Assembly: GCA_951406725.2 (NCBI GenBank) | Contig: OX597830.1 | Coordinates: 48,484,001-48,548,000 of the forward strand | Length of the DNA: 64,000 bases | Direction: 5' to 3' | Source of the DNA: Octopus vulgaris | Lineage: Eukaryota | Shown: piece after piece, positions 12,951 through 25,260 of the stretch | Position numbering within the stretch: the stretch's first letter is position 1 | Layout: each line of letters opens with the position of its first letter | Translations under genes and position numbers: made by a program | The notes under the pieces: generated by a model | What the model was told of the DNA's origin: nothing | Database searches by the model: none | The model's input: the letters and a program-made list of their open reading frames with translations, nothing else

Positions 12951-13642
12951 CGCATTTACAGCATTCTAGTCAGGTGTGACTTCTGGCAAGGCTCAACGGT
13001 CGGGCTTTGTTGTTGCAGCTGTTGTTTAACTTCAGGCTAGTTCTGGTTGAGGGGACCGAAAGAGTTCCAGCTATGGACATCACCTCATATGATTTAGATA
13101 TAGTTTCCTCATGGCCATATTATCCAACGTGGTTAAAATGGTAAGTCACGTCTGGGAGTAATTTGAATGCCCTTTCTAGCATGACGTCTCTGTAATAAAT
13201 ACTAAATGTGATGTACACGTACGTTTGTTTTGTCCGACATTTCAGAGATGTGTTTTCCTCTGTTCATTTCTGACTTCAAGCCTTTTAACCTGATCCTCAA
13301 TCCAGAGCTATCCACCTGCCGAGCTGTAAACCCATCGATTGACCAGGATGATGAATGAACGTGTTACCGCATTGTATTCTGTATGGGGCTGAACAATTGG
13401 ATTTCCGTGATTTTCGACAATACGACAGTAATATCGATCTTTTATTTGTCCCAGTTCCAGCGAAAAGCACCTCGACACCTTCTGTTTCAAGATCTACAAA
13501 AGACAATAGAAAGAGATTTTCTGATGGATCAAAATGTTATTAGAAATGGTTCCGATACATAGCCAATTAGTTTGACCGCTAATACTGTTTTCTATTGTCA
13601 TTTCTCTGCCAAACTATAGGCTTCAATATTTCTCATTAGAAT

Positions 13643-13847
13643 AGGGTAGTGAGCTGGCAGAATCATTAGCACACCGGGAAAAATGCTTAACGGCATTTCG
13701 TCCGTCTTCACGTTCTGAGTTCAAATTTCGCCGTGGTCGACTTTACCTTTCAGAGTCGATAAAATAAGTAGCAGTTGCATACTGAGGTCGATGTAATCGA
13801 CTTGGCCCCTTACCCGAAATTACTGACCTTGTGCCAAAATTTGAAAC
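13643..13847 (+). mobile_element. Family B SINE (Nin/Deu-like core), 19-bp TSD
   Basis: TSD caatatttctcattagaat at 13624-13642 and 13848-13866; core gtcgataaaataagta. Confidence 0.9.
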
Positions 13848-14465
13848 CAATATTTCTCATTAGAATGACTAACTGGGTCTTGAGGTTCGTCCATCAACTC
13901 CCACCATATTAACTTGCTAATCCCTCGCTCCATGTAACATTTCATCAATGTTTATGGGTTTCACATATTGTAATTCCGTCAATAAATATTAAAGTATTCT
14001 TTCTTCTTATTAGCAACAACATTGATGAGACAGAGATTAAAAGAAAGTAATAGGCGCGTCTAATAGTCGATATAAGAAGTAATATGTAGTTTGATACTTG
14101 GCCACTTTGAGTTGTATTGGTGTAACCCGTCATCATCATTTTTGATGACTTACCTCGGAATCTATAAAATAACAAGTAGTAATGTTAAGTTAGTTCTCTT
14201 GACTATAAACCCTTCTCTGGACTAGTCACGTGATTAGTTGAAAAGAGATATGTTGGGACACTATCTTTGAAAGGGTCTTTCTTTATTAGAATGCCTCATT
14301 TTGCTGGTTTTATTTATTAAGATATCTCAGTCAGTTTGGTTGAAATAGAATTTCTTGGAGTCAAGTTTGGATTTTTTTTAAACATGAAGTTATTACCAAT
14401 TGCTCCTGGCCTTAGAAATTCATAAATTTTTGTAGTTCCATGGAAATGAAATATTCTTGAATTAG

Positions 14466-14625
<160 letters not shown>

Positions 14626-15059
14626 GGAAATCTCTCTCTCTAGTTATCTTTGTTTTACTACAATGACAAAAAAAATTAAATAATAATAGTAAATAAAAAG
14701 AGAAAGCGGAGAACTGTTAGAGCAGGTTACTTATATATAAGTGGATTGACCCTGACAAGTATAGAATATTAATAACAAAGGAATGAGTTTCGGAATTGGC
14801 AATACATTTATTTTTTTCTAACTGAAAGCAATTAGCCATCAGCTATCGCAGCTGTCTGTAGATGTCAGCAAAATTTTGAGATCCACGAAAACGAGATTGT
14901 TTTTTTGAACCGCTTCCTCCTACAAGACGTCTCAAAAGTTCAGACAATCTCCAACAGTTCAATGATGACAATACACAAGTAAAACAGGAAAAATACTTTA
15001 ATGAAAGACAAAAGTGAATTTGCAGAGATTTGTATAACTTTGACTTTTTTCAATCATAC

Positions 15060-15645
15060 TATAGCAGCCATGCTGTAGCACAACCTCGACATTGTTTTGG
15101 TCGAAAGAATCGATCCCAGTATTTATTTTTTAAAACCTGGTACTTATTCTATCGGTTACTATTTACGGCGGCGAGCTGGCAGAAACGTTAGCACGCCGGG
15201 CGAAATTCTTAGCGGTATTTCATCTGCCGTTACTTTGTGAGTTCAAATTCCGCCGAGGTCGACTTTGCCTTTCATCCTTTCGGGGTCGATAAATTAAGTA
15301 CCAGTTACGCACTGGGGTCGATGTAATCGACTTAATACCGATGTCTGTCCTTGTTTGTCCCCTCTATGTTTAGCCCCTTGTGGGTAATAAAGAAATAGGT
15401 TACTTTTTACGGGAACAGTTTACGGAAACGTAAACAAATCAACACCAGTTGTCAAGCGCTGGTGGGAGATAATACATATAATACACACACACACAAGCAT
15501 ACGTACAACAGGCTTCTTTCAGTTTCCATCTATCAAATGCATTCCCAAGGATATAGTAGGAAACACGACTTGCCGAAGGTGCCACGCAGTAGGACTGAAC
15601 CGGCAACCATGTGGTAATCTTTTTACTGCACAGTCAGCCTGCGCC
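15060..15645 (-). mobile_element. Family C SINE interrupted by a family B SINE
   Basis: Homologous to 28496-29012 in reverse. Confidence 0.7.
15167..15397 (+). mobile_element. Family B SINE, full length, nested, 13-bp TSD
   Basis: TSD ggttact(a/t)tttac at 15154-15166 and 15398-15410; core cctttcatcctttcggggtcgataaattaagtaccag. Confidence 0.92.
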
Positions 15646-15659
15646 AAATGATACTTTAA

Positions 15660-15735
<76 letters not shown>

Positions 15736-15822
15736 AGAGTTTACGAAAAAAACAAAAGACGAAGACAGGTAGTGTACAAAACAAACAGATGTATTAGTAT
15801 AACGCTCAGGAATAGAAAAAGT

Positions 15823-15858
15823 CTTTTACGTTTCGAGCCTACGCTCTTCTACAGAAAG
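15823..15858 (-). ncRNA. Minimal type-I hammerhead-like motif (variant core CUGUAGA)
   Basis: cttt-CTGTAGA-A-GAGC-gtag-GCTC-GAAAC-GTA-aaag; stems I and II pair, stem III palindrome ACGT. Confidence 0.6.
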
Positions 15859-16048
15859 GAACACAGAAAAAAACAAGGAGAGAAACAAGGAGGGAAAAAA
15901 TGTGTGTAGTGGCTAACGATCTATCATGGCGATATATATGTATATATAAGTTCGGCAAAATTTAGATTCAGATGAATATGGTACTTAAGTTAAAGACATC
16001 ACAATTTGGTATGGTATTATCCATATAAATCAAATGGGGTGATTATTA

Positions 16049-16366
16049 TCAAAATAAGCAACAAGGATATCCAAGGTAGCGTAGTACAATCGTTTCATGC
16101 TACTTCATTTTGTTAAACAATGTAAGTATTACATCAGTTTTAAAATGTAGACCAATCTTCAGCCACATATAGAATTTTTAAATTCTATATGTGGCTGAAA
16201 ATGTACATAAAAATGTACATTGTCTATTTAATTAAAAAATACTATATGTGGCTGAAGATTGCTCTACATTTTAAAACTGATGTAATACTGACATTGTTTA
16301 ATAAAATGAAGTAGCATGAAACGATTGTACTGCACTACCTTGGATATCCTTGTTGCTTATTTTGAT

Positions 16367-16367
<1 letters not shown>
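16049..16367. repeat. Foldback with ~125-bp arms and a nested hairpin
   Basis: 16049-16172 is the reverse complement of 16242-16367; inner ttcagccacatatagaattt / aaattctatatgtggctgaa. Confidence 0.9.
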
Positions 16368-16410
<43 letters not shown>

Positions 16411-16768
16411 CGTATGTGCACGTGTGTACTTGTACATACAATTCTTTCGCACACAGTTATTTTTATGTATATATGTTTGAAACTGCATCGTACTCAAAAC
16501 ATTGTTTAATCATTTAAGAAATGCATTTTAGTGACTTTATTCTTATCAGTGAGAATCGCGTGTTGTTGATGTCATAAGGATTTAGAAAATTCGAAACAAT
16601 GTGAAATAATTCTTTTTTGTAACAGTGAAACTCGAAGCAAATGTAGCCTTCGACCTTTTCTATCCAGAAGGTTTATTAACCCAATTTTTACATGCTACTA
16701 TTTATAGGTTTATCTGCTTCGAGTTTCACTGTTCTAAAAGAAAAAAAAAATATTATTACTAAGTTTTA

Positions 16769-16978
16769 GGGCAGCGAGCTGGCAGAATAGTTAGAACGCC
16801 AGTCAAAATGCTTAGGGACATTTTGTCCATCTTTACATTCTGAGTTTAAATTCCGCCTGGGTTGACTTTGCCTTTCATTCTTTCGGAGTCGATAAAATAA
16901 GTACCAGTTGTGTATTGGGGTCGATGTAATCGACATCCATTCCCCGAACCTGCTGGCCTTGACCCAAAATTTGAAACT
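16769..16978 (+). mobile_element. Family B SINE (ATT-tail variant)
   Basis: Head, core and ctggccttgacccaaaatttgaaac tail running into (ATT)n. Confidence 0.85.
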
Positions 16979-16982
16979 ATTG

Positions 16983-17040
<58 letters not shown>

Positions 17041-17053
17041 TATCACTATTATT

Positions 17054-17103
<50 letters not shown>

Positions 17104-17131
17104 TATTATTATTATTATTATTACTATTATT

Positions 17132-17222
<91 letters not shown>

Positions 17223-17223
<1 letters not shown>

Positions 17224-17440
17224 GGCGAATGTGCTGGCAGAACCGTTAGCACACCGGACAAAGTGCTTAGCGGCATTTCATTTGTCTTTACGTTCAGAGT
17301 TTAAATTCCGCCGGGGTCAACTTTGCCTTTTATCCTTTCGGGGGTCGATAAAATAAGTACCAGCTGAGTATTGGGGTTTTTGTAATAGACTTACCTCCTC
17401 CCGTGAACGTGCTGGCCGTGTGCCAAAATTTGAAGCCATT
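17223..17440 (+). mobile_element. Family B SINE
   Basis: Same head, core and tail. Confidence 0.85.
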
Positions 17441-17929
17441 ATTATTAATTTTTCTGCCGGCGGTCATCCAATCGACACTTTGTAACGTACTTATGTCATA
17501 ACATTCTCGCTAATTCTCAATGATGCGTATCGAGTACATGGTAAATTTTATTGGACAACAAACTATCATTAAATGCAGAACTCACTCATTAATTAAGACC
17601 CTAATTACTTCAAATAGCATTGCATTCTAGAATATAATGCGTTTCCTTTATCGTATTTAGTGGGGTTTTTTTTTTCGTTAATGGTCCTGAACATGTCTGA
17701 AAATCTCGTCAGTTGTAAATTAGAGACAGGAAATCGTTAAAAACCCCAATAAAGCAATTAATTACCCCAAAGATAGTTCAGTTTTTATGCTATCGACTGC
17801 GTAGATTTTATTGTAAATCAAAGCTTATAATTGTTTTAAAAAAAAGACTTTCAGCAATGCAAGTGGGAATTTGGGCAAAATATATAGAGTTATGTCTATA
17901 AATAAAGACAAAGACAAGATATTATACAA

Positions 17930-18352
17930 CCTATTTCTTTACTAAACCACAAGGGGCTAAACACAGAGGGGACAAACAAGGACAGACAAACGGATTATGT
18001 CAATTACATCGACCTCAGTGTGTAACTGGTACTTAATTTATCTACCTCGAAAGGATGAAAGGCAAAGTCGACCTCGGCGGAATTTGAACTCAGAACGTAA
18101 CGGCAGACGAAATACAATACCTATTTATTTACTACCCACAAAGGGCTAAACACAAAGAGGACAAACAAGGACAGACAAACGGATTAAGTCGATTACATCG
18201 ACCCCAGTGCGTAACTGGTACTTAATTTATCGACCCCGAAAGGATGAAAGGCAAAGTCGACATCGGCGGAATTTGAACTCAGAACGTAACGGCAGACGAA
18301 ATACGGCTACGCATTTCGCCCGGCGTGCTAACGTCTCTGTCAGTTGGCCGCC
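17930..18352 (-). mobile_element. Tandem family B SINE dimer inside one TSD
   Basis: Copies at 17930-18113 and 18120-18352; attatacaaccta at 17921-17933 and 18358-18370. Confidence 0.85.
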
Positions 18353-18989
18353 TTATCATTATACAACCTACATAGGTTGTTCAATGCTTCTGTATTATTT
18401 TGGGAAAGAGTCTCCTTATCAAATATAAGAAAAAAAACATTCCAAGAGTTTGGAGAAAAGTGTTGTTCCTGGGAACCCATTCTGGAATATTGTGAAAAGT
18501 ATTTGATTAGTGTTTATGCAGTTATGGTTAGTAATATTCGTAGTATCAGTGCACCAGATGGGGTGGGAAGCAGCAGCAGAAGGTGTCCTGGTAAGAATAG
18601 TTAGCGTGGAATAGTAAAAAGGTCAGTGGACAATAGCTGAACTTTAAGGTAGTGAGTTCTTTTCAGGTTTTCTTTGTTTAGAAATGAAATGATTGGTAGT
18701 ATTAGGCTGTTATATGTGATAAAGTATGTCGTGGTGATAAGGTGAATGTATATGAAAAATAGAAGAGATTAGTAAACGTGGCATAAGTTAGGGCATATGC
18801 ATTAAGAATTATTGGAAAAGGTTACTGAACAATAGCTGAATTTTGAGGAATGGTTCGTTAGTAGGTTAAGAGAAGGAGAATAGCAACATTTATAAATAGC
18901 AAATTGTACTAAGTTTTTAGGTTTAGTAAAATATGCTTTAGTGATGCGGTGAATCTGTATCAGAATTTAGTGGAAAGATGAGAAAAAGT

Positions 18990-19720
18990 ACGTGGGTGAG
19001 AGGGGGTGGTTGTTAGAAAAGACAGTTTGCACCATTCAGTTCGATTGTGTTGCTAATGTCTGGCTTATGTTATTTTTTATGAGAAGAGTTTCCTTGATTC
19101 TCAAGTTACCAATCTTCCGGTCAAGTGCTAAAAAGAAAATTTCAACTTCACTCTCGAGGCATTTGTTGAAGTGCTTCTTATCTGAGGAAGTGCGGGCGTG
19201 GAGTTTCCAGATTGTACTGCCAATATAGTGATCCCTACATCTATCACTTTTGACCTAGATATAATTTTGTGTCATGATTAGGGTAGCTGTTGGCATACAC
19301 GTATTGTTCTCGGGAAGTTGCTTCCTGGCAAGGCTCCAGCGTAAGTAGCGTTTAGAGTGCCGAAAGAAGGGTTCTGTCTAACCCCTCTCTGCGAAAGGCT
19401 TTTCGAATAGTGATGGTAGTAGTCTGGTTAAGATGTAATAGTTTCAGGAAACAAATATTCTTGTGATGGTTGTTTTGTGTTTTGCGTTGTGGATCTTGTT
19501 GAAGATAGATGGAAGACGTAGGGAATCTGTTAAGCCTCAAGTTTTTTTTTTTTTTTTTTTGAAGCGTGTAGAGTTAATGTGTGAGATCGGTCGCTTTGCT
19601 ACATCTGTTACAACTGCGAGAAAATTCATTTTGTATGTAGTTATGACTGATACCGTGTTAAGGGGGTGGTTTAAAGCGCACTGGTTATTTTCTTGAAAAA
19701 TCGTTTGGTGATATTACCAG
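18990..19720 (-). pseudogene. Penelope-like element fragment (RT C-terminus and GIY-YIG endonuclease)
   Basis: NYI*VKSDRCRDHYIGSTIWKLHAR..KHF..NLRIKETLLIK. Confidence 0.7.
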
Positions 19721-19811
19721 AAGCAGCATCAAGTTTTTCGTTCTCCAGACTACATAAATTAAACAAAAGAAAAACAACAACAACGATAATACTAATACTA
19801 CAAATAATAAT

Positions 19812-20020
19812 AATCCTTTCTGTTGTAGGTACAAGGCTCGAAAATTGAGGGAAGGGTTTAAGAGGATTACATCGACCACAGTGTTTCACTGGTACTTAAT
19901 TTATTGATATCGAAAAGATGAAGGGCAAAGTCACCCTCAGTGGAATTTTAACTCAGTACGGAGCAATGGGCGAAATACTACTAAGCATTTCGTCCAGCGT
20001 GCTAACTATTATGCCAGTTC
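19812..20020 (-). mobile_element. Diverged family B SINE
   Basis: ctggtacttaattttattgatatcgaaaagatgaagggcaaagtc core. Confidence 0.75.
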
Positions 20021-20040
20021 CTTAATAATAACAATAAAAT

Positions 20041-20365
20041 TCTCTGATGCAATACCAGGTAGGGTCTCTCATGGCTTCTGATCTCAACTGATTGGAAGTG
20101 TTATTATGTACATGTTCTGTCTTGTTCTACAGCAAATATACTGCTCAATACCACAGATTTGCTTGTCAATTGTTTGACCTTAAGCTTTTGAACATGTCCC
20201 TTAGTGGCTAACGATATGTGCATCTGATCACGAGCAGAAGAAGTAGAGGAGCAACTCTACACATAACCATGTGTTGAGTTCGACCGATCTCACACATTAA
20301 CTCTACACATAGCCATGTGTTGAGAGGGATTCTTTGGGGTTTGAATAATTCCCCTCTGAAAACAT
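20041..20365 (+). mobile_element. Partial copy of the 555-bp (TAA)n-associated element
   Basis: Matches 48885-49170. Confidence 0.8.
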
Positions 20366-20666
20366 TGCTTTCATTTTATATCATCACAAGTATATATTTT
20401 ATTTTTTTATCCCTATATATTATTAATTTTATATGAATTATTATTAATTTTATATGAATGTTTATAGACATAAGTTACGTGTGAACATAGTTTTATTCGT
20501 ATTTTTTATTTTTATTTTTTATTTTATTTTATTTGTTATTTTTTTATTTGAATTAAATTATGGCTTGCACAGTAAGGTCCGGCGAACCTATTTACACATA
20601 CACATACTTATATATTTAGAATTAAAATATAGTTTTTAGTATCAAACTATGATAAAGTGATGTAGA

Positions 20667-20762
20667 GGCCTGATGATTGGGGTTACATATTAAGAAAGGT
20701 TCCAGCAAAACACGGCGTGGTTAAGGAACCGGAACATGAACCTCAAGAAAACACGTGTAGCC
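20667..20762 (+). ncRNA. Type-I hammerhead ribozyme motif with extended stem II
   Basis: ggc-CTGATGA-ttggggtt...aacctcaa-GAAA-ACACGTGT-A-gcc; stem I ggc/gcc, 8-bp stem II, palindromic stem III, GUA site. Confidence 0.7.
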
Positions 20763-20928
20763 AAGATATGAGTAGTAAGTATTAAATTAAATTAAAATTC
20801 TTTTATATGGTGGGATGAAGGGGACTACTATCTCTAAATACAAAAAATATATATTTCCTCATTGATAATAATTTGAACCCCTGTGATGCCGGAATTTTAT
20901 TCTCTAACAAATAAAATAATATATATAT

Positions 20929-20993
<65 letters not shown>

Positions 20994-21103
20994 CAATTGA
21001 GGATAAAATCTTTAAAAGAAAATATCAGTAGTCAGCGTGAAAAACCTCGTAAGAGAAAAAATCCGTAAATTCTTCCTCTTTGAAAATATTCATTTATATT
21101 ATA

Positions 21104-21176
<73 letters not shown>

Positions 21177-21192
21177 CATGTGTGTGTGTGTG

Positions 21193-21520
21193 AAGGCGCA
21201 TGGCTCCGTAAGAGCGTTGGGCTCATAACTATGAAGTAGTGAGTTCCCAGACCGGGCTGTGTGTTGTTGTGTTCTTGAGCAAGACACTTTATTGCACGTT
21301 GCTCCAGAAATGAGTTGCGATGTAACTGGTACCAAGCCGTATCGGCCTTTGCCTTGCCCTTGGACAACATCGGTGGTGTGTGAATTGGGGAGACTGGTAT
21401 GCATGGTGGGGGGGGGGGCGACCGCTGGTCTTCCATAAACAAACTTGCCCGGACTTATACTTCGGAGGAGAATTTTCTGGGTGCAATCCCAAGGTCATTA
21501 ATGACCGAAGGAAGTCTTCA
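21193..21520 (+). mobile_element. tRNA-derived SINE with Meta/CORE-like gttcttgagcaagacacttt domain
   Basis: tRNA-like head followed by conserved domain; related to 56930. Confidence 0.7.
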
Positions 21521-21559
<39 letters not shown>

Positions 21560-22248
21560 GCAAACATACCTTGCAGACTACTACAGTCAATAAAACAGAA
21601 ATATACTTGTAAAAGCAAGCTTTTTGGCGTGGCCCGGTATTGGTCCGGTGCTGGGCCGCGATCCGCTGGTTGGTTACTCCTGTTATTCAGCAGTAAAGGG
21701 AGCGCCTGATCAGCTGAATTGTCGGTCTGCTAGAAACAGAAGCTGAATTATCTCGAATTACACCCTACTGTCCTTTATAGTAAAAAGGCACCTAGGATAG
21801 TGAAGCCAGACGTTTGCTTGGTCAGGACGTATCTGTGCCTTATCAACAAAAGCAGTAATAGCAACAACATCGTAAGCAACAACAACAACAAAACGACAAT
21901 AACACCAATTATAACTATAATGACAACAAAATCAACAACAATATTCACAAAACATTTTATTTAATTTTTTTTTCAAATTAATTGTTTTTCTTCTTAATTA
22001 ATATCCACTTTTGTTTTACTCTTAGTTGAAACATTCGAAAAGACAGAAACCGGTTCAGAAGCCATTACAAAATGTATTTCATGATAAAATTATTTCAACA
22101 TTTTCTATTTTGTCTTATTTTCCTTACACGTATCAACTCGGCTGTCACTTTTCAGCATTCTACACACACGTGTTTAACGTGATTTTAAAGTCATAGAGAA
22201 AGGAATGAATATCACTCAATCCCATTTCGACATTTTAAATTGATATAA

Positions 22249-22686
22249 AGGCACAGACGTGGCTATGTGATAAGAAGCTAGCTTGCCAATCACATGGTCC
22301 TGGGTCCAGTCTCACTGCGCGGCACCTACTGTAGACTCTGACTGACCAAAGCCTAGTGAGTGGATTTGTTTGATGGAAGTTAAAAGAAGGTATGTTGATG
22401 CTAACGCAAAATCTCGCACCTTGAGTCCCTCTGTTCCTTCTGTTAAATATCAATAAAAATGTATGTTTGTGTGTGTCTTTGTGTCTGTGTTTGTCACCCC
22501 CTAGCGTTTGAAAACTGGCGCTAGTTTGTTTACATCCTCGCAGCTTAGCGGTTCGGCAAAACGTTACTGTTAGAATAAGTACCAGGCTGAAAAAAAAAGA
22601 AAAAAAGATTCGTTTGTCTAAAAATTCTTCAAGACAGTGCCCGAGCATGACCGCTGTCTAATGACTGAAACAAGTATAAGATAAAA
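22249..22686 (+). mobile_element. Family C SINE
   Basis: Head ggctatgtgataagaagc, tail taatgactgaaacaagta. Confidence 0.75.
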
Positions 22687-23246
22687 AGAGAGAGGTGAAA
22701 GGGAGAAGAGAAAGGGTAAGGGTGAAAGGTGATAGGAGAGCAAATAAAAAATAGAGAAGGGGGGGGCGAAAATGGAGGGTTGAGATAATACGGCGGGAAA
22801 ATAAAGGTTTGTGCGGCAAAATATAAGCGAAGAGCGGTAAACTGTAGAAGGAGTAGGAGGGATAAAAATAGAGAGAAGAGAGTCGAGATTATAATATATG
22901 AAGAAGGTGTAGTAGAAAGGAGAGATTTTATTGGTGGAGTATTTCAAGGAAGGGGGCGGAGAAGAGGTAAGACACACCTACACTCTGGCTGAAGGAGAAC
23001 TAGCAAGAGAACTGAAAATGCTTCTTATGTTTTTTTAATTCCTTCCTTCTTTCTCTCTGCATTTCAGCGGCTCTACACACAGACACACACACGCACAGAC
23101 GCAGACACAGACACACACACACACACACACACATACACACATGGATGCGGTCCATGTCGTTTACCTGCGCCTATTATTAATTGGTAGCGGTTACGGAGTG
23201 CCCTGAAGGCCTGTGAGTTTGGTGAGTTGGCAAATTTGCATCGCCG

Positions 23247-23328
<82 letters not shown>

Positions 23329-23397
23329 AAGATAGATAGATATGTATGTGTGTGTGTATATATATATAGGTGTGTATGTATGTATGTATATATAAGA

Positions 23398-23490
23398 CAT
23401 CCTCACATTCCCGAGCGTCAAACTAATACACCTGTTTGTTGTTCATACACCTGTCTTCGTCTTTTGTTTTCTGTAAATTTGAATTATATA
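23398..23490 (+). mobile_element. End fragment of the same family as 15731-15932
   Basis: cctgtcttcgtcttttgtttt matches the reverse complement of 15740-15810. Confidence 0.65.
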
Positions 23491-23513
23491 CATATATATA
23501 CATATAAATAGGT

Positions 23514-23565
<52 letters not shown>

Positions 23566-23650
23566 CCTATGTATATGTATGTATATATATGTAAAAAATA
23601 AATAACAGAAAAATATGCTACCCATCCTTTTCGCACTTTTTTCTTCCTTT

Positions 23651-23730
<80 letters not shown>

Positions 23731-23734
23731 TGAG

Positions 23735-23779
<45 letters not shown>

Positions 23780-23780
<1 letters not shown>

Positions 23781-23970
23781 GCCAGCAAGTTCGGTGTAGG
23801 GACTAAGTGGATTACATCGACCCCAGTGCGTAACTGGTACTTATTTAATCGACTCCGAAAGGATGAAAGGCAAAGTCGACCTCGGAGGAATTTCAAATCA
23901 GAGCACAAAAACGGACGAAATGTCGCTAAGTATTTTACCCGGTGTGCTAACAACTCTACCAGCTCACCAC
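23780..23970 (-). mobile_element. Family B SINE
   Basis: Core and head in reverse. Confidence 0.8.
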
Positions 23971-23990
23971 CCGCTGTCCGCAGAATATTA

Positions 23991-24046
<56 letters not shown>

Positions 24047-24749
24047 AAAACAAACTAAAATAACTAAAGTATAACAAATTCTGAAAATGATTTTCAATAA
24101 TTGAATTCGATATTTTGAACATTTTGATTTTCTTGCATAACCTATACTTTATTTAATACACAAAAATACGGTCAGCTTTTAAATGCCAACTTAGCATATT
24201 TTATGGTAAATCTAACATTTTTTTTCAGCATTTAGCAGAAAAGTTTTGAATCCAGCATTTAGCAGGGAAAATAGCAGGTTCAAAATTTTATTCAGCATTT
24301 TTTAGCATTTTTCTCTGAACATGACATTTCCACAATAGTTACCCTTTTTTCTTCTTCTTCTTCCTCCTTTTCTACTTTCCTAAAAGTTACTTAGCCAAAT
24401 TTTAATACTATCGGCTATGGTTGAATTTTTCTTTCACTTTCATGAAACCTCAAATGAAAGATTGTCAAAAGGAAATTTATCAAGTTATCCCCCACCCCGC
24501 TTGGATACAGTGTGGTGCTGGTGGAGGAGGGGAAAAGTTAACTCATGCCAGCACCTGAACCCACTACACAATAAGGTAAATATGTTGTAAAGAATGAAAG
24601 CATGGAAATTCGTCCTAACAATGCTTTATTCTGTAGTGATGAGTTATTATCATGGCAGGTTGACTGATTTACTTTCAGTTTGACTGTTTTAAAATAGGAA
24701 TATTAAATTTCTAAATATCTCATAGAGATATGTACGGTGGTGGGGCGAT

Positions 24750-24873
24750 AGAGTGGTTGTATACTGTCAACTTAACGTGACAGTCCTGTAAGGGAACTTC
24801 ACCACCGCTGTTTAACGGTGGTGAAGTTCCCTTACAGGACTGTCACGTTAAGTTGATAGTATACAACCACTCT
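24750..24873. repeat. Near-perfect 58-bp-arm hairpin
   Basis: agagtggttgtatactgtcaac...caccaccg-ctgtttaa-cggtggtg...gttgatagtatacaaccactct. Confidence 0.95.
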
Positions 24874-25260
24874 GTTTTAAAATAGACCTGTGTTTTTTCA
24901 TGCTTATTCTGGATTATATATCTTGTGTAGAAGTACGGGGGTGGCGGGTCTCCCCCTATATATTTCTACTTACTTTTTGTTTCAAGTATTGTAGTTATAT
25001 TTGTGGTTTTACCAAAAGATATTAATGTAAGATTAGAAGCAAAATATGATGCTCCCAGGTTTATATCAGAACACAATTCTAGGATTTCTGTAGATATTAC
25101 TTTTCCATTTATAAGTTGGCCACCCTGTATTCTTCACCTCAAGAATTTGTAAGCAGCAAATGGCAAATGAAAGAATTGTTAGCGGCAGACTGATAAGTTG
25201 TGTTTTCAATTTTATATTTTTATTCATTCAAATTATTTTCTTGCTTCCCACTACATTATA

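Noticed and set aside
22050-22060. GAAACCGGTT and similar partial motifs (also 33735, 41535, 43290, 44150)
   Set aside because: 3' half only; core or stems cannot be supported
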